From: Paramoeba atlantica
Lineage: Eukaryota; Protista; Discosea
Direction of reading: 5' to 3'
Assembly (NCBI GenBank): GCA_977017575.1
Contig: CDRNVI010000058.1
Location: forward strand, 62,001-126,000
DNA: 64,000 nt
Shown one piece after another: positions 10,177 to 20,079 of this stretch. A model generated the notes under the pieces. It saw nothing but the letters and a program-made list of their open reading frames with translations. It was not told the DNA's origin and did no database searches. A program made the translations under genes and the position numbers. How positions within the stretch are numbered: position 1 is the first letter of the stretch; each line of letters begins with the position of its first letter.

Positions 10177-13143
10177 TTACAAAAGTCCTTGTAGCGATTC
10201 CTTTGCTTCCGTAACGCGTTCCATTTCTGCAGTTAGGTTAGAAAGCTTCATAGAATTTGCTTCGCGCACACTTTCAGGAACCTTTTCTTTGTAATTTACA
10301 CTCTCTATTTTCTTACACAAAGACTCTTTTTGCAATTTTATCGAGCTCATGCCTTTTTCTAATCGTGCCAACTCCTCTGCAGGATTAATCAAACCTTGTA
10401 GCTGTAGACAAACAGTGGTTGAGCTGGACAAAACGTTGGTAGCACAACCTAGTGGGACGTCGTTCCTACTTGAAACAATTTCGACATGACCTAATACTGC
10501 AAGAGCGGCAAGAGTGTCCTGAGCGTGTCTGGTAAAAAGCTCCGAAAAAGAATTAGATTTTCCATGACAAACAACGTATGCATCCGGCTTGACTTTATTC
10601 GTCAATCTGTAGCGTGTCTTTAGAGAACGCAACGCATGGACAACATCCAAAAGTTGAGTCATGCCTTCTTCGATGGATTCGTTGCGAAAGTTGCTGGATT
10701 GCGGATAAGGTGCAAGCATGATACTTGGGGAGACAAAACTGGAGTTCCCGGGAAGTCTATGCCACAGTTCCTCTGTAACGAAGGGCATCATAGGGTGCAG
10801 TAAGCGGAGAGCATGTTCCATACAATGACAAAGGACCGCCCGGGTAATATCCCGCAATGGACCATCATGCTGCATTACAGGCTTAGTAAGTTCCAAGAAA
10901 ACGTCACAGAAGTCGTACAGCCAAAATCTGTAAATCGCCGTTGTCAACGTAGAGAAGTCGTACTCGCGAAATGAGATATTGCATGCCTGAGTACAAGCAT
11001 CCAGACGACTGAGAATCCACCGGCAATGCATGGAAAGAGATAAAGCATCTTCATTAAGTGAGGATGGCGGCTCAAAGTCTTCCCCCAGTGCAAAATAAAG
11101 AGCGTAACGCACCGCATTCCACAATTTATTGCAGAATTGACGGTAGCCAAGTATGCGATCAATATCCAAATTTACGCTCTTTCCGCTTACAGTATACGAA
11201 AGCAAACCAAGGCGGAGGGCATCTGCTCCGCATTCCGGAATTCCCTTAGGAAAAGCTTTCTGCTGTAGAGCTTTTGCCTTTTCGACCTCTTTTGGAGCCA
11301 AGTTTGCCAGCCGTATTTTTTCCTGCAGTTTCTCCAGAGTGATGCCTCTAAGAACATCCAATGGATCAACTACGTTGCCTTTAGACTTTGACATCTTATC
11401 ACCGCTTTTGTCGCGAACCATGGCGTGCATGTACACCTCTTTAAATGGGAGTTTGCCAACCAAATGGAGCGAACACATCACCACGCGTGCTACCCAGAAA
11501 AAGAGAATATCGTGTCCAGTCTCAAGCAAACTTGTGGGAAAGAAGGTTTTAAAATCTTCGTCGTTCAAATCGGGCCACCCCAGGACAGAAAATGGCCACA
11601 ATGCGCTGCTAAACCAAGTGTCCAACACATCTTCGTCTTGACGTAGCTCCAAACGTGAAGTCTCATCGGAACTCAGTCTATGCTTCAGCGAAGCCTTACT
11701 ACGGGCTTCCTCCGCCGTCCGACCCACAATCCAATTTTCGTTCGGCTCGCGACATAAAGGCTTACCATCGAGAAAAAGAGAGTACGCCGGTATGCGATGC
11801 CCCCACCACAGCTGTCGACTAATGCACCATGGTTTAATATTTTCCAACCAACGATACCACGTTGCCTCATGCACGGAGGGAATGAGTTTCAATTCTCCTG
11901 TTCGAACCGCCTGAACACTGCGCTGGGCCATGGTGCTACAATTCACAAACCACTGTGGGACCAAATGAGGCTCGACGATATCTTGCGTTCGGCTACAAAT
12001 CCCCAGACGCATTGTATGTCCACGCTGACCTCGAAGTAAGCCCTTGCTGTCAAGTGCCTTCACAATAGCTCGCCTGCAGTCATATCGGTGCATGCCATGA
12101 AATTCCCCTTTGGTAGATATTTTTCCCTCCTCGTCCATAACGGTTAAAAAAGGAAGTGCGTGTCGCTCTCCGGCTTGAAAATCATTTGGGTCATGCGCCG
12201 GGGTGATCTTCACGGCCCCAGTCCCAAAGTTCATGTCAACTAACACGGAGTCAAACAGTAGAGGGATGGTATCTTCGCGAAACGGACATACCAGTCGCGT
12301 GTTGGTTCCTTTGTACTTTTGATATCGAGGGTCGTCCGGATGCACGGCCACCGCCGTGTCTCCCAAAATAGTCTCTGGGCGTGTGGTGTCGACAATAATT
12401 TCATCTTCGCTTCCGGAGATGTGATACGCAAAAGACGTCATAGTGCCCACGTCGACTGTTTTCTCATAGTTCGGGATACGAATGTGTAACCCCGGAGTGA
12501 CATCGATGTACTCTACTTCGAGATCACTAATCGCACTTTGCAGTGTGGGACACCAATTCACAAGTCTTGTGGAGCGATAGATAAGCCCTTCCTCGTGAAA
12601 TCGGACGAAGGCTTCTTGTACGGCGGCGGAACATTTCGAGTCCATGGTGAAGCGCTCTCGGCTCCAATCTACGCTGGAGCCCAGTAGCCGGAGCTGCTGC
12701 GTGATCACACCTCCGTGATCTTTTTTCCATTCCCACACACGGGATATAAACGTTTCTCGTCCCAGTTGATGCCGGGAAACGCCCTCCGTGGCTTGTATTC
12801 GTTTCTCCACGACCACTTGCGTCGCGATGCCCGCGTGATCCATGCCAGGGACATACAGCGTGTTGTGTCCCTTCATACGGTGATACCGTATTAGGGTGTC
12901 CTGTACAGCGGTAGTCAGTGCATGGCCGAGATGAAGATACCCGGTGACATTCGGAGGAGGAATGACAATCACAAAATTCTCTTTCTTGACATCTGTGGCA
13001 TCCTCACAGGTTGGGGATATCCCGCCACTACGGGGAAGAAAGAATTGGTTTGACTCCCACCATTCGTACCATTCAGATTCCACATCGACAGGGTGATACT
13101 GGGAGGCGATGGGCTGGGTGTAGTCTTTAGGAAGTGATACCAT
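10177..13143 (-). CDS. VARS: Valyl-tRNA synthetase
   Basis: PPPNVTGYLHLGH (HIGH), DHAGIATQ, WCISRQLWWGHRIP, DVLDTWFSS, KMSKSKGN. First ATG at 13143. Confidence 0.97.
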   Translation of the reverse strand: MVSLPKDYTQPIASQYHPVDVESEWYEWWESNQFFLPRSGGISPTCEDATDVKKENFVIVIPPPNVTGYLHLGHALTTAVQDTLIRYHRMKGHNTLYVPGMDHAGIATQVVVEKRIQATEGVSRHQLGRETFISRVWEWKKDHGGVITQQLRLLGSSVDWSRERFTMDSKCSAAVQEAFVRFHEEGLIYRSTRLVNWCPTLQSAISDLEVEYIDVTPGLHIRIPNYEKTVDVGTMTSFAYHISGSEDEIIVDTTRPETILGDTAVAVHPDDPRYQKYKGTNTRLVCPFREDTIPLLFDSVLVDMNFGTGAVKITPAHDPNDFQAGERHALPFLTVMDEEGKISTKGEFHGMHRYDCRRAIVKALDSKGLLRGQRGHTMRLGICSRTQDIVEPHLVPQWFVNCSTMAQRSVQAVRTGELKLIPSVHEATWYRWLENIKPWCISRQLWWGHRIPAYSLFLDGKPLCREPNENWIVGRTAEEARSKASLKHRLSSDETSRLELRQDEDVLDTWFSSALWPFSVLGWPDLNDEDFKTFFPTSLLETGHDILFFWVARVVMCSLHLVGKLPFKEVYMHAMVRDKSGDKMSKSKGNVVDPLDVLRGITLEKLQEKIRLANLAPKEVEKAKALQQKAFPKGIPECGADALRLGLLSYTVSGKSVNLDIDRILGYRQFCNKLWNAVRYALYFALGEDFEPPSSLNEDALSLSMHCRWILSRLDACTQACNISFREYDFSTLTTAIYRFWLYDFCDVFLELTKPVMQHDGPLRDITRAVLCHCMEHALRLLHPMMPFVTEELWHRLPGNSSFVSPSIMLAPYPQSSNFRNESIEEGMTQLLDVVHALRSLKTRYRLTNKVKPDAYVVCHGKSNSFSELFTRHAQDTLAALAVLGHVEIVSSRNDVPLGCATNVLSSSTTVCLQLQGLINPAEELARLEKGMSSIKLQKESLCKKIESVNYKEKVPESVREANSMKLSNLTAEMERVTEAKESLQGLL

Positions 13144-13486
13144 TCGGGGAAGCAGATAACGGAGATGCTTCACCGCTTGTAAGTTATTAAAAAAATTATT
13201 TCGTTTAAATCGTTTCAGAATTGAGCACTAGGTATTACTCTCCAAATAAGAACTACAGTTATTTTCCATGAATTCCACGGAAAAGAAAAAGGTGACCTGT
13301 CGTGCTGGAGAAGTATCGATAGCGCTGAAAAAAATCAATACTCTGTTCGACAATAAATTTCAGAAAAATGAAGATTAAATCTTTTGATTGTGTGGGAAGT
13401 CACATTCAAGTGGTTTTTCCTAACTGGAACTATGATGCATTGACTGGTACGAGAAAACGCCCAGAAGAATTTGCTTGTTTGAATTC

Positions 13487-13969
13487 CTATGCGTGAGAAC
13501 CGGGAGGCATCGAAGCCACTTGAAGTTTCACACGGCGTTCATACTCCTTTCGATTCTTCACGTAAAGCTCATAAGGTTCTTTCTGAGCAGGATCGCCAGG
13601 ATTTTCGTTATTCAACAATTCTTGTATAGACACCAGAATTTGCTTTAACGTGAAACAGGGTCTCCAGTCCTTCTCCTCGTTCAGTAAACTGAGACACACT
13701 GTCCCACTGGGGTACACGTTGGGGTGAAACAACACGGGACGGAACTGGCACTTCGGCGGCTTACTAGGATAATCCTCTGAAAAAGTGATCACCAACTTGT
13801 ACTCACCTCCTTCCCACAGTGTTCCAGGTTTTCCAGGAATGCCTGCCTCCCATTTCATCAGGTCTAAGGTGCCATCCGCTGCAGTCGTTGACCGGGCCCA
13901 GAAGCCGTAGGGCTTATCTCGGCGCCACGCCTTGCGCTCCTCCCGCAGGCGCTCAAGTGCTAATGACAT
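13487..13969 (-). CDS. UBC9: SUMO-conjugating enzyme E2
   Basis: [49 protein letters not shown]. Confidence 0.95.
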   Translation of the reverse strand: MSLALERLREERKAWRRDKPYGFWARSTTAADGTLDLMKWEAGIPGKPGTLWEGGEYKLVITFSEDYPSKPPKCQFRPVLFHPNVYPSGTVCLSLLNEEKDWRPCFTLKQILVSIQELLNNENPGDPAQKEPYELYVKNRKEYERRVKLQVASMPPGSHA

Positions 13970-14284
13970 GAAAAAACGAAAACAATCCGATCAAATGTTC
14001 GTAAAAGAAACGTAAGTATCGTTGCAAAAAGGAAAACGTTACCAAATCTGAGGGACGTTACCAAATCTGCCGGAGAATAAAGTGTAGCCCCCTTTCGGGA
14101 GATGAAATAAGAAAGCTTTTCGAATATGTTTCGCCCTAAAAAACAAAGTAAAAATGAACTGGTTCTTATTTTTGAATTCAAGAGAGCACGAACTGTTACC
14201 TAAAAAATGTAAACATGAGATACCTAAATACATCAGAAATCAGAAAATATTGAGGAATTTCGTATGCCCACACGCCCGAAGCCA

Positions 14285-15247
14285 TCAAGAACTCACTTTG
14301 CCCTCGGCCTCATCCAACAGACGTTTCATCGTGGACCCAATCTTTGCAGGGTTTCGCACGACCGTAATCCCCACCTTTTCCATCGCCTCGATCTTCGCCG
14401 GGGCCCCACCGCCGCTTCGCCCAATCACCGCCCCTGCGTGCCCCATCCGTCGCCCCGGCGGCGCCGTAATCCCCGCCACAAACCCCACCATCGGCTTCGA
14501 CACCCCCAGCGCCCGCCACCGCCCAATCACCTCACACGCCCTCTCCTCCGCATCCCCCCCAATCTCCCCAATCATCGCAATCCCCTTCGTCCCCTCATCC
14601 GCCAAAAACTGCTCCACACAATGCGTAAAATCCGTCCCATTAAACGGATCCCCCCCAATCCCCACACACAACGACTGCCCCAGCCCCACCGCCGTCGTCT
14701 GCGCCACCGCCTCATACGTCAGCGTCCCGCTCCGACTCACCACCCCCACCACCCCCCCCGCGTGGATCTCCCCCGGCATGATCCCCAGCTTACACCGCCC
14801 CCCGGGTCGGATCACCCCGGGGCAGTTCGGTCCCACCAGCCGGGTCGTCCCCCCCGCACGCTCCATCATCTGTTTGATCCGCACCATATCCCACTGCGGG
14901 ATCCCCTCCGTGATGACCACCACGAGGGGGATCCCAGCCTCGAGGGCTTCCTCAAGCGCAGAGGCCGCCGCGGGGGCGGGGACGTAGACCACGGAGGCGT
15001 TGGCCCCGGTGTGTCGCATGGCCTCCGCGACGCTCGGGTAGATGGGGCGACCGAGGTGGGTGGCCCCGGCCTTGGTGGGGTGGACGCCGGCGACGACGTG
15101 GGTGCCGTAGGCGAGGGCCTGGGCGGTGTGGAAGGTGCCGTGGGTGCCGGTCATGCCTTGGACGAGGACGCGGGTGGCGGGGGAGACCCAGAGGGGGGAG
15201 GGGGGGGGGAGGGGGGGGTGGAGGAGGGAGGGGAGGGGACGGAACAT
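14285..15247 (-). CDS. SUCLG1: Succinyl-CoA ligase alpha subunit
   Basis: [42 protein letters not shown], and RMGHAGA (phospho-His). Confidence 0.97.
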   Translation of the reverse strand: MFRPLPSLLHPPLPPPSPLWVSPATRVLVQGMTGTHGTFHTAQALAYGTHVVAGVHPTKAGATHLGRPIYPSVAEAMRHTGANASVVYVPAPAAASALEEALEAGIPLVVVITEGIPQWDMVRIKQMMERAGGTTRLVGPNCPGVIRPGGRCKLGIMPGEIHAGGVVGVVSRSGTLTYEAVAQTTAVGLGQSLCVGIGGDPFNGTDFTHCVEQFLADEGTKGIAMIGEIGGDAEERACEVIGRWRALGVSKPMVGFVAGITAPPGRRMGHAGAVIGRSGGGAPAKIEAMEKVGITVVRNPAKIGSTMKRLLDEAEGKVSS

Positions 15248-15345
15248 GGGAGGGGGGGGGGAGGAGGAGGTGGAGGAGGAGGGGGAAAGAGGGGAAAAGA
15301 GGGAGGAGAGAGGAAGGGAGGTAAAAAAGGGAGGAAGTAAAGATT
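15248..15345 (-). promoter_or_regulatory. Polypyrimidine tract upstream of SUCLG1 (putative trans-splicing signal)
   Basis: Near-pure purine run on the plus strand (C/T on the coding strand) immediately 5' of the ATG. Function inferred from kinetoplastid trans-splicing. Confidence 0.55.
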
Positions 15346-15496
15346 TTTTGTGAAAAAAAACAGTTTATGTGATTTAAAGACAAAAACAAAGAAAAAATAA
15401 ACTTCTTCAACCGCTAAAAAAGAGGGTATCTCCCCAGGAGACATGAGCAAAGTTTCATGGAAAGCGAACCTCACGATTTCGACGTCCTCCCCGCAA

Positions 15497-16258
15497 CTAG
15501 GCGTTTTCCGTAATGTCGGTCAGCCAGCGTTCCACAATATCCTCCGGGACAATGGTAAACTCCTTGTGTTCCTCGCACACCAGACCCACCTCAATATCCC
15601 TCGCCTTGAAGTGCTGTCGCATGACGGTTTGCAGCGCGCTTATCCCCGCCCGAGCGACCTCCTCGTAGCTCTGCTCCTTGAAATGTTTGTCACTATGCTT
15701 CAGCCGACGCTCTAGATCGTTCACGAGCTCTGTTTCCTTTTGCCCCGTCGCTGCGGCGTACTGAGGGAAACAATACCCACTAGGGTCTACCTTAAACAGC
15801 TGCGGGAGATATTTCCCGTCATCCATGAGCTCCATGGAGGCAAACAGCAGCGTGACCCCCAGGGGACGCATCCCGGCGTGCTGGGTGGAGAGCTGGGCGT
15901 GTTCAGCGGCTCGATTCGCAATCACACTGCTCGGGCACTCGTCTCCGTTTTCGTACCAATATTTCGCAGCCTCCTCGCGTGAGGTGGAGAGCACAGATAA
16001 GCCATCCGCGACGCGCCCGATCACACACACTCCGGTTTGTGGATTAATTTGATGTAAAGAGGTGAGTGTGGAGGACCGAAGCAGCGGGTCGGGGGACTTA
16101 CGAAGCGCCAGGAGCACGACCCCATCGGAGGCACGAAGAGCGAGAGCACTGGTGCCACAACCCCGGACCGCTTTGAGAGCATACTCCACTTGGTAGAGTT
16201 TCCCTTCCGGGGAGAAAATGGAGATGAAACGGTCGTAGCTGGTACGGTGGTGGGACAT
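15497..16258 (-). CDS. PSMA6: 20S proteasome alpha-1 subunit (PSMA6 type)
   Basis: SYDRFISIFSPEGKLYQVEYA, GVCVIG, AGMRPLGV, LFKVDPSGY. ATG at 16258. Confidence 0.9.
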   Translation of the reverse strand: MSHHRTSYDRFISIFSPEGKLYQVEYALKAVRGCGTSALALRASDGVVLLALRKSPDPLLRSSTLTSLHQINPQTGVCVIGRVADGLSVLSTSREEAAKYWYENGDECPSSVIANRAAEHAQLSTQHAGMRPLGVTLLFASMELMDDGKYLPQLFKVDPSGYCFPQYAAATGQKETELVNDLERRLKHSDKHFKEQSYEEVARAGISALQTVMRQHFKARDIEVGLVCEEHKEFTIVPEDIVERWLTDITENA

Positions 16259-16969
16259 GCTGAGGAAGCGAAGGAGAAAGGGGTAGAAAAGAAGGTGTAA
16301 CGGTGGGAGATAGAGGTGGGAGAAGAGAAGGTGATATGAAGGGAAGAAAAATGACGAATCACAGTGTAGGGTTATTGTTTCGGGTGGGTCCTTAACTGTA
16401 GAACATTGAAAAAGTATAAAAAATGGCAAAAATAGGATAGTTTCTAAATACAAGATCTGTGCACCGTTGCTGAGTTAGACAGCTATTTCGCTTGTTTTTT
16501 AAACGTCTGTACATTTAATAATCGGATGGATCGGCCGGAACCTTGTTTATTTTTTGGAAACCGCCAGAGCCATCGGGTTCCTGTGCCTCATATCCTACGT
16601 TCGAGAACCTCTGGTACTTGGCCGCTTTTTCATCCTTTAAGACGCGATGGAGAGTCGTGGTGCATATGTTAAGATATTTCAGGTACGAGATGTGTTCTCT
16701 CCACGCCTCTTGCTCCAGGAGCACGCAACTTCGACGGGTGAAAAGCCTGAGTGGGGTGTGAAGAAAAGCCATAAACAAAATTACGGATAATTAGGAAAAT
16801 CGTCGGCAAAATAGGGTAAATGTGTGAGGTTCATTTTAAATACCACCCCTTCGACCTACTTCAACACCAGCCTATTCTAAAAATTTATCATTGCAACTCA
16901 TTCCAATACAACATCCTCCCCACCGTACCCATCCTCCCCTACTTTCATCTCACCTCCTTCACTCCATTT

Positions 16970-18136
16970 TCAATTATAAAACTCATGCTCCTGGTCGCGC
17001 TTCTTCGCATGCATCTCATACCCTTTCTCCATATCACTTTGCCGCACCCTGTGCCTGTTGTGTCGAACCGCCTGCATGCCGGCCTCCTGACACACCGCCG
17101 CAATCTCCGCACAACTCACCTTCTCGGGACGTGTCACAAAGTCCTCCAAGTCCACACTCTCCTCGAGCGTCATTTTCGACGTCACCACTTGATACACCAA
17201 CCGGCGCTGCCGCCGGTCCGGCAACGGAAACTCAATCTTACGATCCAGCCGTCCGGGACGCAGCAACGCGGGGTCTAACGTATCCCACCGATTCGTTGCC
17301 ATAATCACCTTCACGTTCTCCGAGGTGTCAAACCCATCCATCTGGTTCAGCAGCTCAATCAAAATCCGCTGCACCTCCCGATCCGCCCCCGTCTGCGCAT
17401 CAAACCGCTTCGTCGCAATCGCATCCACCTCATCAATAAAAATAATACTCGGCGCATTCTCCCTCGCCAACCGAAACACATCCCGCACCATCCTCGGTCC
17501 CTCCCCGAGGTACTTCTGCACAAACTCCGACCCCACCACCCTCACAAACGCCGCCTCCGTGTGGTGCGCCACCGCCTTCGCCAGCATCGTCTTCCCCGTC
17601 CCCGGGGGACCATACAGCAACACCCCCCGCGGGGGGTCGATCCCCACCGTCCGGTACAGCTCCCCCTGGGTCAGCGGCAGCTCCACCGCCTCCCGGATCT
17701 CCTGTTTCTGCACCTCCAGCCCCCCGACATCGCGGTACCCCACCGTGGGGCGCCCCGCGGCCCCCAGCACCGTCACGTGCCGGTCCGTCTCACTCGGCAG
17801 CACAGTGACGAGAGCGCTGCTGGAGCGGTGGAGCCCCACGCTGGTGTTGGGCCTCAGCTGCTCACTATCTAATGTACTTAGCACACGGACGAAGAGACTG
17901 GAGCCGCTGCTGCTGCTGACGACCGCGTGGGCGGGGTCGACCACCTCGAGCAGCTGGCCAATCACGAGGGGGGTGGACTGGAGGCGGGAGAGCTCGGTGG
18001 CGGCGGACTGGGCGTGGTGGCGGAGCTGGGCGATCTCGAGCGTGAGGAGGGCGGTGCGGAGGGCGAGCTCGGAGAGGGCGGTGTGGAGGGCGGCGTGACG
18101 GGAGAGGAGGGAGGGGGGAGGGGGGAGGGAGGTCAT
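16970..18136 (-). CDS. PSMC4: 26S proteasome AAA-ATPase RPT3
   Basis: [67 protein letters not shown]. Confidence 0.96.
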   Translation of the reverse strand: MTSLPPPPSLLSRHAALHTALSELALRTALLTLEIAQLRHHAQSAATELSRLQSTPLVIGQLLEVVDPAHAVVSSSSGSSLFVRVLSTLDSEQLRPNTSVGLHRSSSALVTVLPSETDRHVTVLGAAGRPTVGYRDVGGLEVQKQEIREAVELPLTQGELYRTVGIDPPRGVLLYGPPGTGKTMLAKAVAHHTEAAFVRVVGSEFVQKYLGEGPRMVRDVFRLARENAPSIIFIDEVDAIATKRFDAQTGADREVQRILIELLNQMDGFDTSENVKVIMATNRWDTLDPALLRPGRLDRKIEFPLPDRRQRRLVYQVVTSKMTLEESVDLEDFVTRPEKVSCAEIAAVCQEAGMQAVRHNRHRVRQSDMEKGYEMHAKKRDQEHEFYN

Positions 18137-18200
18137 GGGGGGATGCCGGGAATGAAAGGGGGAAGGAGGGAATAAAAGGGGAAAGGAGGGAATAAAGATT
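18137..18200 (-). promoter_or_regulatory. Polypyrimidine tract upstream of RPT3
   Basis: Plus-strand purine-rich duplicated motif (aaagggggaaggagggaataa) gives a C/T tract on the coding strand just before the ATG. Confidence 0.45.
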
Positions 18201-18401
18201 TCTAAAGAGATTTGAGGGAGGGAAATGTTGTGTGGGTTTGAATAAGAAATTGTGGTTAGGGATGAAAAAGAGGGTGGAGATTATCGGGTTATTTTTGTTT
18301 TAAAAAATTAAGGGGAAAAAAGGGAAATCTTTGCTACTTACTGGGTTGGGTAAACAAAAAAGAGGATGGACTTAACACTTTGACGTCTTGCAAGACTTTT
18401 C

Positions 18402-18872
18402 TTACTTCAGGGGGATGAATCGTGAGGCATGGCTGGCCCCCAGACCCGGTCGTCCGTGAGTCACAGGCTTGTACGTAATGCTGAACTCCCCAAGGTAGTG
18501 TCCAATCATCTCCCCACGGACTTCGATTCCGTTGAACAACTTGCCATTGTAAATACCGATAATATTCCCCAACATCTCAGGGACCACAATCATGTCGCGC
18601 AAATGGGTCTTCACGGGGCGAGGCTTCTCCCCAGCCGCCAAGTTCTTCTTGGCCTTCTTTAGCTTCGCAATCAGCTTCTTGGGCTTGTCGTTGAGCCCCC
18701 GGTAAAAGCGCCGGCGGGCTCGTGCGTGCAACATCTCAGCCAACTTCTCGTGCGGCACATCAAGCAAGCGGTCCACATCCATACCTCGGAAGGTGAGCTT
18801 GCGGAACTTTCGGGCTTTCTTTAACTCCTCATAGCGTTGTCGCTCCTTCTCACGTTGAGTTGTGTCCTCCAT
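18402..18872 (-). CDS. RPS15: 40S ribosomal protein S15 (uS19)
   Basis: [29 protein letters not shown]...[29 protein letters not shown]. Confidence 0.97.
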   Translation of the reverse strand: MEDTTQREKERQRYEELKKARKFRKLTFRGMDVDRLLDVPHEKLAEMLHARARRRFYRGLNDKPKKLIAKLKKAKKNLAAGEKPRPVKTHLRDMIVVPEMLGNIIGIYNGKLFNGIEVRGEMIGHYLGEFSITYKPVTHGRPGLGASHASRFIPLK

Positions 18873-19313
18873 GGAAACGATTCAAGAAAAATAGTAGAAT
18901 AATCTAGTCTCTTTATAAAGAGAGAATGTTTTGTGAAAGGATAAAATTTGAGACAACGGATAAACCCTAAGCTCGAAAAGTCGTGTTCGAATAGGATAAA
19001 ATCTCCCCTCTTTAAAATATACAGTATAACGTGTGTCGCAAAAAAAGGTGGTTCTTGTTTCACATTTCCCAAACCTTTAAAAACAGCTATTTACAACATC
19101 GACGTGTAATCTCCTGGTAAGCAGGAGTTGCATTATATTGCCGCCGACTTGGCGTTTTCTTATAGATCGCTTATTAAAGACTCACTGTGTCCATACAGTG
19201 TATAAAAGAATATCAAAGAGAATATCAAAGAGATTTGTGATTCTGTTGCTTAATAGATTTGAATAAAAAAAATTATGAACAATTTAATAACCTTTCTCAC
19301 CACCCGAGTTCAT

Positions 19314-19637
19314 CTAGTAACTATATTCTTTGCCGACGTATCCACTCCAGCAAGTGTACTCCTTCAAGTTGCAGTCACGGTTGAGTCCATTGTTTCCCCA
19401 GCCGAAGAGAAAGCCACCCGAGGGAAACCGTCGGTGGATGACTCGTTGATGCGGGTTCTGAGGTCCTTTATATTGCAGTACGTGATGCGGTGTGGTAACT
19501 TTGTAAACGCAAAAACCTGTGAGAAGAAGAAATGCCACACTATTCACAAATATACCGTGTTTCAGGTCCGCAATAGCTGCGGGGGAAACAATAGGATCCC
19601 CTGGAAGTGGTATTCGCCCCGTGCGACAGGAGGCCAT
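19314..19637 (-). CDS. Hypothetical small single-TM protein, possibly mitochondrial membrane
   Basis: 107-aa ORF on the polycistron strand with one hydrophobic segment (GIFVNSVAFLLLTGFCVYKV) and a G/W/C-rich C-terminus. Not recognised. Confidence 0.55.
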   Translation of the reverse strand: MASCRTGRIPLPGDPIVSPAAIADLKHGIFVNSVAFLLLTGFCVYKVTTPHHVLQYKGPQNPHQRVIHRRFPSGGFLFGWGNNGLNRDCNLKEYTCWSGYVGKEYSY

Positions 19638-19697
19638 GCGTATGGAGTTTTGTACCAAAAACGATTCTTTTTACTTAGCTAAAATTTGTATAGATTA

Positions 19698-20008
19698 CAG
19701 TGTTATATTTAATTACGGTATTATTTAATTACGCTTTTAAGGTTATTTTTGGCTCAAATTAATCTTAATTAAATTAACCGTAATATAACCCACTCGTAAA
19801 TTAATAACTTTTGAACACACTTTTTGAGTAACTTTTAGGCGCCCAAGCCACTGGATTCGTCTGTGATCATTTTATAAAGGCATGTGCTTCATATGAAAGT
19901 GAGGTCGATGGTGATAGACATGAAAAAAAGTATTATTTTTCGGGGCTAAAAATAATCTTAATTAAAAATAACCGTAATATAATCCACTCGTATTTGAATA
20001 CTTCACTG
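19698..20008. mobile_element. Degenerate Tc1/pogo-type MITE
   Basis: TA|CAGTG at 19696-19702 and CACTG|TA at 20004-20010. Imperfect AT-rich inverted arms plus an internal repeat (ttaatcttaatt..aaccgtaatataa..cactcgta) at ~19758 and ~19952. Confidence 0.5.
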
Positions 20009-20079
20009 TACTTATTTACTTTATATAAATTTGTAAACAATTTGTAAGCAAGAGGAATAATTTCTTTTTAAAATTAATA

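Noticed and set aside
14264-15474. Pro/Arg/Gly-rich overlapping ORFs (14264..15340, 14154..14987, 14952..15410, 15151..15474)
   Set aside because: Shadows of GC-rich SUCLG1 and its purine/pyrimidine tract.
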